A DNA stretch of 64,000 bases. Source: the human T2T-CHM13v2.0 reference genome, Homo sapiens. Made by a program: the position numbers and the translations under genes. The stretch lies in assembly GCF_009914755.1 (NCBI RefSeq), contig NC_060938.1. One strand, written 5' to 3'. The notes beneath the pieces were generated by a model that did not search any database, was not told where the DNA came from, and saw nothing but the letters and a program-made list of their open reading frames with translations. Of this stretch, positions 13,201 to 25,121 are shown piece after piece; the first letter of the stretch is position 1, and every line of letters begins with the position of its first letter.

Positions 13201-16200
13201 GATATTCCCGTTTCCAACGAAATGCTGAAATCTATCCAAATATCCCCTCGCAGATTCTACAAAAAGAGTGTTTCAAAACTGCTCTGTGAAAAGAAAGGTT
13301 CAACTCTGTTAGTTGAGTACACACATCACAAACAAGTTTCACAGAATGCTTCTTTCTAGCTTGTAGGGGAAGATATTCCCTTTATCACCATGGGCCTCCA
13401 ACCGTCCGAAACATCCACTTCCATATACTACAAAAAGAGCGTTTCAAACCTGCTCTATGAAAGGCAATGTTCAACTCTGTGACTTGAATGCAGACATCAC
13501 AGAGCAGTTTCTGAGAATGCTTCTGTCTAGATTTTATAGGAAGATATTCCCGTTTCCAACGAAATCTTCACAGCTATCCAAATATCCACTTGCAGATTCT
13601 ACAAAAAGAGTGTATCAAAACTGCTCTGTCAAAAGGAAGGTTCTTCTCTGTTAGGTGAGTGCATACGTCATAAAGGAGTTTCTGAGAATGTTTCTGTCTA
13701 GTGGTTATGGGAAGATATTTGCTTTTTCACCGTAGGCCTCAGAGCGCTCCAAATATCCACTTGCACATACTACAAAAAGAGTGCTTCAAAGCTGCTCTCT
13801 GAAACGGAATGTTCAACTCTATGAGTTGAATGCAAACATCACAAAGACGTTTCTGAGAATGCTTCTGTCTAGATTTGATATGAAGATATTCCCGTTTCCA
13901 ACGAAATCTTCAAATCTATCCAAATGTCCACTTGCAGATTCAACAAAAAGTGTTTTTCAGAACTGCTCTATCAAAAGAAAGATCCACCTCTGTTAGCTGA
14001 GTTCACACATCACAAACAAGTTTATGAGAATGCTTCTGTCTAGTTTTTATTTGAAGATATTTCCTTTCTCACCATAGAGCTGAAAGCTGTCCTAATGTTC
14101 ACTTCCAGATACTACAGAAAGAGTGTTTCAAAACTGCTGTACGAAAGGGAATGTTCAACTATGTGACTTGAATGCACACATCACAAAGAAGTTTCTGAGG
14201 ATGCTGCTGTCTACTTTTTATACGTAATCCCGTTTCCAACGAAATCCTCCAAGCTATCCAAATATCCACTTGCAGATTCCACAGAAAGACTGTTTCAAAA
14301 CTGCTCTGTCAATAGAAAGGTTCAACTCTGTTAGCTGCATGCATATATCCCAAAGAAGATTCTGAGATTGCTTCTGTCTAGTTTTTATGGGAAGATATTT
14401 CCCTTTTCACCGTAGGCGTCAAGGCGCTCCAAATGTCCACTTCCAGATACTACAAAAAGAGTGTTTCAAACCTACTCTGTGAAAGGGAATATTCAACTCT
14501 GTGACTTGAATGCACATATCACAAGGAAGTTTCTGAGAATGCTTCTGTCGAGATTTTATATGAAGATATTCCCGTTTCCAACGAAATCCTGAAATGTATC
14601 CAAATATCCCCTTGCAGATTCTACAAAAAGAGTGTTTCAAAACTGCTCTGTAAAAAGAAAGGTTCAACTCTGTTAGTTGAGTACACACATCACAAACAAG
14701 TTTCACACAATGCTTCTTTCTAGCTTGTAGGGGAAGATATTCCCTTTATCACCATGGGCCTCAAACCGTCCGATAAGTCCACTTCCATATACTACAAAAA
14801 GAGCGTTTCAAACCTGCTCTATGAAAGGCAATGTTCAACTCTGTGACTTGAATGCAGACATCACAGAGCAGTTTCTGAGAATGCTTCTGTCTAGATTTTA
14901 TAGGAAGATATTCCCGTTTCCAACGAAATCTTCACAGCTATCCAAATATCCACTTGCAGATTCTACAAAAAGAGTGTATCAAAACTGCTCTGTCAAAAGG
15001 AAGGTTCTTCTCTGTTAGGTGAGTGCATACGTCATAAAGGAGTTTCTGAGAATGTTTCTGTCTAGTGGTTATGGGAAGATATTTGCTTTTTCACCGTAGG
15101 CCTCAGAGCGCTCCAAATATCCACTTGCACATACTACAAAAAGAGTGCCTCAAAGCTGCTCTCTGAAACGGAATGTTCAACTCTATGAGTTGAATGCAAA
15201 CATCGCAAAGACGTTTCTGAGAATGCTTCTGTCTAGATTTGATATGAAGATATTCCCGTTTCCAACGAAATCTTCAAATCTATCCAAATGTCCACTTGCA
15301 GATTCAACAAAAAGTGTTTTTCAGAACTGCTCTATCAAAAGAAAGATCCACCTCTGTTAGCTGAGTTCACACATCACAAACAAGTTTATGAGAATGCTTC
15401 TGTCTAGTTTTTATTTGAAGATATTTCCTTTCTCACCATAGAGCTGAAAGCTGTCCTAATGTTCACTTCCAGATACTACAGAAAGAGTGTTTCAAAACTG
15501 CTGTACGAAAGGGAATGTTCAACTATGTGACTTGAATGCACACATCACAAAGAAGTTTCTGAGGATGCTGCTGTCTACTTTTTATACGTAATCCCGTTTC
15601 CAACGAAATCCTCCAAGCTATCCAAATATCCACTTGCAGATTCCACAGAAAGACTGTTTCAAAACTGCTCTGTCAATAGAAAGGTTCAACTCTGTTAGCT
15701 GCGTGCATATATCCCAAAGAAGATTCTGAGATTGCTTCTGTCTAGTTTTTATGGGAAGATATTTCCCTTTTCACCGTAGGCGTCAAGGCGCTCCAAATGT
15801 CCACTTCCAGATACTACAAAAAGAGTGTTTCAAACCTACTCTGTGAAAGGGAATATTCAACTCTGTGACTTGAATGCACATATCACAAAGAAGTTTCTGA
15901 GAATGCTTCTGTCGAGATTTTATATGAAGATATTCCCGTTTCCAACGAAATGCTGAAATCTATCCAAATATCCCCTCGCAGATTCTACAAAAAGAGTGTT
16001 TCAAAACTGCTCTGTGAAAAGAAAGGTTCAACTCTGTTAGTTGAGTACACACATCACAAACAAGTTTCACAGAATGCTTCTTTCTAGCTTGTAGGGGAAG
16101 ATATTCCCTTTATCACCATGGGCCTCCAACCGTCCGAAACATCCACTTCCATATACTACAAAAAGAGCGTTTCAAACCTGCTCTATGAAAGGCAATGTTC

Positions 16201-19200
16201 AACTCTGTGACTTGAATGCAGACATCACAGAGCAGTTTCTGAGAATGCTTCTGTCTAGATTTTATAGGAAGATATTCCCGTTTCCAACGAAATCTTCACA
16301 GCTATCCAAATATCCACTTGCAGATTCTACAAAAAGAGTGTATCAAAACTGCTCTGTCAAAAGGAAGGTTCTTCTCTGTTAGGTGAGTGCATACGTCATA
16401 AAGGAGTTTCTGAGAATGTTTCTGTCTAGTGGTTATGGGAAGATATTTGCTTTTTCACCGTAGGCCTCAGAGCGCTCCAAATATCCACTTGCACATACTA
16501 CAAAAAGAGTGCTTCAAAGCTGCTCTCTGAAACGGAATGTTCAACTCTATGAGTTGAATGCAAACATCACAAAGACGTTTCTGAGAATGCTTCTGTCTAG
16601 ATTTGATATGAAGATATTCCCGTTTCCAACGAAATCTTCAAATCTATCCAAATGTCCACTTGCAGATTCAACAAAAAGTGTTTTTCAGAACTGCTCTATC
16701 AAAAGAAAGATCCACCTCTGTTAGCTGAGTTCACACATCACAAACAAGTTTATGAGAATGCTTCTGTCTAGTTTTTATTTGAAGATATTTCCTTTCTCAC
16801 CATAGAGCTGAAAGCTGTCCTAATGTTCACTTCCAGATACTACAGAAAGAGTGTTTCAAAACTGCTGTACGAAAGGGAATGTTCAACTCTGTGACTTGAA
16901 TGCACACATCACAAAGAAGTTTCTGAGGATGCTGCTGTCTACTTTTTATACGTAATCCCGTTTCCAACGAAATCCTCCAAGCTATCCAAATATCCACTTG
17001 CAGATTCCACAGAAAGACTGTTTCAAAACTGCTCTGTCAATAGAAAGGTTCAACTCTGTTAGCTGCATGCATATATCCCAAAGAAGATTCTGAGATTGCT
17101 TCTGTCTAGTTTTTATGGGAAGATATTTCCCTTTTCACCGTAGGCGTCAAGGCGCTCCAAATGTCCACTTCCAGATACTACAAAAAGAGTGTTTCAAACC
17201 TACTCTGTGAAAGGGAATATTCAACTCTGTGACTTGAATGCACATATCACAAGGAAGTTTCTGAGAATGCTTCTGTCGAGATTTTATATGAAGATATTCC
17301 CGTTTCCAACGAAATCCTGAAATGTATCCAAATATCCCCTCTCAGATTCTACAAAAAGAGTGTTTCAAAACTGCTCTGTAAAAAGAAAGGTTCAACTCTG
17401 TTAGTTGAGTACACACATCACAAACAAGTTTCACACAATGCTTCTTTCTAGCTTGTAGGGGAAGATATTCCCTTTATCACCATGGGCCTCCAACCGTCCG
17501 ATAAGTCCACTTCCATATACTACAAAAAGAGCGTTTCAAACCTGCTCTATGAAAGGCAATGTTCAACTCTGTGACTTGAATGCAGACATCACAGAGCAGT
17601 TTCTGAGAATGCTTCTGTCTAGATTTTATAGGAAGATATTCCCGTTTCCAACGAAATCTTCACAGCTATCCAAATATCCACTTGCAGATTCTACAAAAAG
17701 AGTGTATCAAAACTGCTCTGTCAAAAGGAAGGTTCTTTTCTGTTAGGTGAGTGCATACGTCATAAAGGAGTTTCTGAGAATGTTTCTGTCTAGTGGTTAT
17801 GGGAAGATATTTGCTTTTTCACCGTAGGCCTCAGAGCGCTCCAAATATCCACTTGCACATACTACAAAAAGAGTGCCTCAAAGCTGCTCTCTGAAACGGA
17901 ATGTTCAACTCTATGAGTTGAATGCAAACATCGCAAAGACGTTTCTGAGAATGCTTCTGTCTAGATTTGATATGAAGATATTCCCGTTTCCAACGAAATC
18001 TTCAAATCTATCCAAATGTCCACTTGCAGATTCAACAAAAAGTGTTTTTCAGAACTGCTCTATCAAAAGAAAGATCCACCTCTGTTAGCTGAGTTCACAC
18101 ATCACAAACAAGTTTATGAGAATGCTTCTGTCTAGTTTTTATTTGAAGATATTTCCTTTCTCACCATAGAGCTGAAAGCTGTCCTAATGTTCACTTCCAG
18201 ATACTACAGAAAGAGTGTTTCAAAACTGCTGTACGAAAGGGAATGTTCAACTATGTGACTTGAATGCACACATCACAAAGAAGTTTCTGAGGATGCTGCT
18301 GTCTACTTTTTATACGTAATCCCGTTTCCAACGAAATCCTCCAAGCTATCGAAATATCCACTTGCAGATTCCACAGAAAGACTGTTTCAAAACTGCTCTG
18401 TCAATAGAAAGGTTCAACTCTGTTAGCTGCGTGCATATATCCCAAAGAAGATTCTGAGATTGCTTCTGTCTAGTTTTTATGGGAAGATATTTCCCTTTTC
18501 ACCGTAGGTGTCAAGGCGCTCCAAATGTCCACTTCCAGATCCTACAAAAAGAGTGTTTCAAACCTAGTCTGTGAAAGGGAATATTCAACTCTGTGACTTG
18601 AATGCACATATCACAAAGAAGTTTCTGAGAATGCTTCTGTCGAGATTTTATATGAAGATATTCCCGTTTCCAACGAAATGCTGAAATCTATCCAAATATC
18701 CCCTCGCAGATTCTACAAAAAGAGTGTTTCAAAACTGCTCTGTGAAAAGAAAAGTTCAACTCTGTTAGTTGAGTACACACATCACAAACAAGTTTCACAG
18801 AATGCTTCTTTCTAGCTTGTAGGGGAAGATATTCCCTTTATCACCATGGGCCTCCAACCGTCCGAAACATCCACTTCCATATACTACAAAAAGAGCGTTT
18901 CAAACCTGCTCTATGAAAGGCAATGTTCAACTCTGTGACTTGAATGCAGACATCACAGAGCAGTTTCTGAGAATGCTTCTGTCTAGATTTTATAGGAAGA
19001 TATTCCCGTTTCCAACGAAATCTTCACAGCTATCCAAATATCCACTTGCAGATTCTACAAAAAGAGTGTATCAAAACTGCTCTGTCAAAAGGAAGGTTCT
19101 TCTCTGTTAGGTGAGTGCATACGTCATAAAGGAGTTTCTGAGAATGTTTCTGTCTAGTGGTTATGGGAAGATATTTGCTTTTTCACCGTAGGCCTCAGAG

Positions 19201-20600
19201 CGCTCCAAATATCCACTTGCACATACTACAAAAAGAGTGCTTCAAAGCTGCTCTCTGAAACGGAATGTTCAACTCTATGAGTTGAATGCAAACATCACAA
19301 AGACGTTTCTGAGAATGCTTCTGTCTAGATTAGATATGAAGATATTCCCGTTTCCAACGAAATCTTCAAATCTATCCAAATGTCCACTTGCAGATTCAAC
19401 AAAAAGTGTTTTTCAGAACTGCTCTATCAAAAGAAAGATCCACCTCTGTTAGCTGAGTTCACACATCACAAACAAGTTTATGAGAATGCTTCTGTCTAGT
19501 TTTTATTTGAAGATATTTCCTTTCTCACCATAGAGCTGAAAGCTGTCCTAATGTTCACTTCCAGATACTACAGAAAGAGTGTTTCAAAACTGCTGTACGA
19601 AAGGGAATGTTCAACTCTGTGACTTGAATGCACACATCACAAAGAAGTTTCTGAGGATGCTGCTGTCTACTTTTTATACGTAATCCCGTTTCCAACGAAA
19701 TCCTCCAAGCTATCCAAATATCCACTTGCAGATTCCACAGAAAGACTGTTTCAAAACTGCTCTGTCAATAGAAAAGTTCAACTCTGTTAGCTGCGTGCAT
19801 ATATCCCAAAGAAGATTCTGAGATTGCTTCTGTCTAGTTTTTATGGGAAGATATTTCCCTTTTCACCGTAGGCGTCAAGGCGCTCCAAATGTCCACTTCC
19901 AGATACTACAAAAAGAGTGTTTCAAACCTACTCTGTGAAAGGGAATATTCAACTCTGTGACTTGAATGCACATATCACAAGGAAGTTTCTGAGAATGCTT
20001 CTGTCGAGATTTTATATGAAGATATTCCCGTTTCCAACGAAATCCTGAAATCTATCCAAATATCCCCTCGCAGATTCTACAAAAAGAGTGTTTCAAAACT
20101 GCTCTGTAAAAAGAAAGGTTCAACTCTGTTAGTTGAGTACACACATCACAAACAAGTTTCACAGAATGCTTCTTTCTAGCTTGTAGGGGAAGATATTCCC
20201 TTTATCACCATGGGCCTCCAACCGTCCGAAACATCCACTTCCATATACTACAAAAAGAGCGTTTCAAACCTGCTCTATGAAAGGCAATGTTCAACTCTGT
20301 GACTTGAATGCAGACATCACAGAGCAGTTTCTGAGAATGCTTCTGTCTAGATTTTATAGGAAGATATTCCCGTTTCCAACGAAATCTTCACAGCTATCCA
20401 AATATCCACTTGCAGATTCTACAAAAAGAGTGTATCAAAACTGCTCTGTCAAAAGGAAGGTTCTTCTCTGTTAGGTGAGTGCATACGTCATAAAGGAGTT
20501 TCTGAGAATGTTTCTGTCTAGTGGTTATGGGAAGATATTTGCTTTTTCACCGTAGGCCTCAGAGCGCTCCAAATATCCACTTGCACATACTACAAAAAGA
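4233..20600. repeat. Left sub-array with alternating A/B HOR haplotypes (~2728 bp super-period)
   Basis: gtgcctc/atcgc (MPQ..IAK ORF) and gtgcttc/atcac (MLQ..ITK ORF) alternate strictly over units 4-15, with linked downstream SNVs. Confidence 0.9.
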
Positions 20601-23600
20601 GTGCTTCAAAGCTGCTCTCTGAAACGGAATGTTCAACTCTATGAGTTGAATGCAAACATCACAAAGACGTTTCTGAGAATGCTTCTGTCTAGATTTGATA
20701 TGAAGATATTCCCGTTTCCAACGAAATCTTCAAATCTATCCAAATGTCCACTTGCAGATTCAACAAAAAGTGTTTTTCAGAACTGCTCTATCAAAAGAAA
20801 GATCCACCTCTGTTAGCTGAGTTCACACATCACAAACAAGTTTATGAGAATGCTTCTGTCTAGTTTTTATTTGAAGATATTTCCTTTCTCACCATAGAGC
20901 TGAAAGCTGTCCTAATGTTCACTTCCAGATACTACAGAAAGAGTGTTTCAAAACTGCTGTACGAAAGGGAATGTTCAACTCTGTGACTTGAATGCACACA
21001 TCACAAAGAAGTTTCTGAGGATGCTGCTGTCTACTTTTTATACGTAATCCCGTTTCCAACGAAATCCTCCAAGCTATCCAAATATCCACTTGCAGATTCC
21101 ACAGAAAGACTGTTTCAAAACTGCTCTGTCAATAGAAAGGTTCAACTCTGTTAGCTGCATGCATATATCCCAAAGAAGATTCTGAGATTGCTTCTGTCTA
21201 GTTTTTATGGGAAGATATTTCCCTTTTCACCGTAGGCGTCAAGGCGCTCCAAATGTCCACTTCCAGATACTACAAAAAGAGTGTTTCAAACCTACTCTGT
21301 GAAAGGGAATATTCAACTCTGTGACTTGAATGCACATATCACAAGGAAGTTTCTGAGAATGCTTCTGTCGAGATTTTATATGAAGATATTCCCGTTTCCA
21401 ACGAAATCCTGAAATGTATCCAAATATCCCCTTGCAGATTCTACAAAAAGAGTGTTTCAAAACTGCTCTGTAAAAAGAAAGGTTCAACTCTGTTAGTTGA
21501 GTACACACATCACAAACAAGTTTCACACAATGCTTCTTTCTAGCTTGTAGGGGAAGATATTCCCTTTATCACCATGGGCCTCAAACCGTCCGATAAGTCC
21601 ACTTCCATATACTACAAAAAGAGCGTTTCAAACCTGCTCTATGAAAGGCAATGTTCAACTCTGTGACTTGAATGCAGACATCACAGAGCAGTTTCTGAGA
21701 ATGCTTCTGTCTAGATTTTATAGGAAGATATTCCCGTTTCCAACGAAATCTTCACAGCTATCCAAATATCCACTTGCAGATTCTACAAAAAGAGTGTATC
21801 AAAACTGCTCTGGCAAAAGGAAGGTTCTTTTCTGTTAGGTGAGTGCATACGTCATAAAGGAGTTTCTGAGAATGTTTCTGTCTAGTGGTTATGGGAAGAT
21901 ATTTGCTTTTTCACCGTAGGCCTCAGAGCGCTCCAAATATCCACTTGCACATACTACAAAAAGAGTGCCTCAAAGCTGCTCTCTGAAACGGAATGTTCAA
22001 CTCTATGAGTTGAATGCAAACATCGCAAAGACGTTTCTGAGAATGCTTCTGTCTAGATTTGATATGAAGATATTCCCGTTTCCAACGAAATCTTCAAATC
22101 TATCCAAATGTCCACTTGCAGATTCAACAAAAAGTGTTTTTCAGAACTGCTCTATCAAAAGAAAGATCCACCTCTGTTAGCTGAGTTCACACATCACAAA
22201 CAAGTTTATGAGAATGCTTCTGTCTAGTTTTTATTTGAAGATATTTCCTTTCTCACCATAGAGCTGAAAGCTGTCCTAATGTTCACTTCCAGATACTACA
22301 GAAAGAGTGTTTCAAAACTGCTGTACGAAAGGGAATGTTCAACTATGTGACTTGAATGCACACATCACAAAGAAGTTTCTGAGGATGCTGCTGTCTACTT
22401 TTTATACGTAATCCCGTTTCCAACGAAATCCTCCAAGCTATCCAAATATCCACTTGCAGATTCCACAGAAAGACTGTTTCAAAACTGCTCTGTCAATAGA
22501 AAGGTTCAACTCTGTTAGCTGCGTGCATATATCCCAAAGAAGATTCTGAGATTGCTTCTGTCTAGTTTTTATGGGAAGATATTTCCCTTTTCACCGTAGG
22601 TGTCAAGGCGCTCCAAATGTCCACTTCCAGATACTACAAAAAGAGTGTTTCAAACCTACTCTGTGAAAGGGAATATTCAACTCTGTGACTTGAATGCACA
22701 TATCACAAAGAAGTTTCTGAGAATGCTTCTGTCGAGATTTTATATGAAGATATTCCCGTTTCCAACGAAATGCTGAAATCTATCCAAATATCCCCTCGCA
22801 GATTCTACAAAAAGAGTGTTTCAAAACTGCTCTGTGAAAAGAAAGGTTCAACTCTGTTAGTTGAGTACACACATCACAAACAAGTTTCACAGAATGCTTC
22901 TTTCTAGCTTGTAGGGGAAGATATTCCCTTTATCACCATGGGCCTCCAACCGTCCGAAACATCCACTTCCATATACTACAAAAAGAGCGTTTCAAACCTG
23001 CTCTATGAAAGGCAATGTTCAACTCTGTGACTTGAATGCAGACATCACAGAGCAGTTTCTGAGAATGCTTCTGTCTAGATTTTATAGGAAGATATTCCCG
23101 TTTCCAACGAAATCTTCACAGCTATCCAAATATCCACTTGCAGATTCTACAAAAAGAGTGTATCAAAACTGCTCTGTCAAAAGGAAGGTTCTTCTCTGTT
23201 AGGTGAGTGCATACGTCATAAAGGAGTTTCTGAGAATGTTTCTGTCTAGTGGTTATGGGAAGATATTTGCTTTTTCACCGTAGGCCTCAGAGCGCTCCAA
23301 ATATCCACTTGCACATACTACAAAAAGAGTGCTTCAAAGCTGCTCTCTGAAACGGAATGTTCAACTCTATGAGTTGAATGCAAACATCACAAAGACGTTT
23401 CTGAGAATGCTTCTGTCTAGATTTGATATGAAGATATTCCCGTTTCCAACGAAATCTTCAAATCTATCCAAATGTCCACTTGCAGATTCAACAAAAAGTG
23501 TTTTTCAGAACTGCTCTATCAAAAGAAAGATCCACCTCTGTTAGCTGAGTTCACACATCACAAACAAGTTTATGAGAATGCTTCTGTCTAGTTTTTATTT

Positions 23601-25121
23601 GAAGATATTTCCTTTCTCACCATAGAGCTGAAAGCTGTCCTAATGTTCACTTCCAGATACTACAGAAAGAGTGTTTCAAAACTGCTGTACGAAAGGGAAT
23701 GTTCAACTCTGTGACTTGAATGCACACATCACAAAGAAGTTTCTGAGGATGCTGCTGTCTACTTTTTATACGTAATCCCGTTTCCAACGAAATCCTCCAA
23801 GCTATCCAAATATCCACTTGCAGATTCCACAGAAAGACTGTTTCAAAACTGCTCTGTCAATAGAAAGGTTCAACTCTGTTAGCTGCGTGCATATATCCCA
23901 AAGAAGATTCTGAGATTGCTTCTGTCTAGTTTTTATGGGAAGATATTTCCCTTTTCACCGTAGGCGTCAAGGCGCTCCAAATGTCCACTTCCAGATACTA
24001 CAAAAAGAGTGTTTCAAACCTACTCTGTGAAAGGGAATATTCAACTCTGTGACTTGAATGCACATATCACAAGGAAGTTTCTGAGAATGCTTCTGTCGAG
24101 ATTTTATATGAAGATATTCCCGTTTCCAACGAAATCCTGAAATGTATCCAAATATCCCCTTGCAGATTCTACAAAAAGAGTGTTTCAAAACTGCTCTGTA
24201 AAAAGAAAGGTTCAACTCTGTTAGTTGAGTACACACATCACAAACAAGTTTCACACAATGCTTCTTTCTAGCTTGTAGGGGAAGATATTCCCTTTATCAC
24301 CATGGGCCTCCAACCGTCCGATAAGTCCACTTCCATATACTACAAAAAGAGCGTTTCAAACCTGCTCTATGAAAGGCAATGTTCAACTCTGTGACTTGAA
24401 TGCAGACATCACAGAGCAGTTTCTGAGAATGCTTCTGTCTAGATTTTATAGGAAGATATTCCCGTTTCCAACGAAATCTTCACAGCTATCCAAATATCCA
24501 CTTGCAGATTCTACAAAAAGAGTGTATCAAAACTGCTCTGTCAAAAGGAAGGTTCTTCTCTGTTAGGTGAGTGCATACGTCATAAAGGAGTTTCTGAGAA
24601 TGTTTCTGTCTAGTGGTTATGGGAAGATATTTGCTTTTTCACCGTAGGCCTCAGAGCGCTCCAAATATCCACTTGCACATACTACAAAAAGAGTGCTTCA
24701 AAGCTGCTCTCTGAAACGGAATGTTCAACTCTATGAGTTGAATGCAAACATCACAAAGACGTTTCTGAGAATGCTTCTGTCTAGATTTGATATGAAGATA
24801 TTCCCGTTTCCAACGAAATCTTCAAATCTATCCAAATGTCCACTTGCAGATTCAACAAAAAGTGTTTTTCAGAACTGCTCTATCAAAAGAAAGATCCACC
24901 TCTGTTAGCTGAGTTCACACATCACAAACAAGTTTATGAGAATGCTTCTGTCTAGTTTTTATTTGAAGATATTTCCTTTCTCACCATAGAGCTGAAAGCT
25001 GTCCTAATGTTCACTTCCAGATACTACAGAAAGAGTGTTTCAAAACTGCTGTACGAAAGGGAATGTTCAACTCTGTGACTTGAATGCACACATCACAAAG
25101 AAGTTTCTGAGGATGCTGCTG

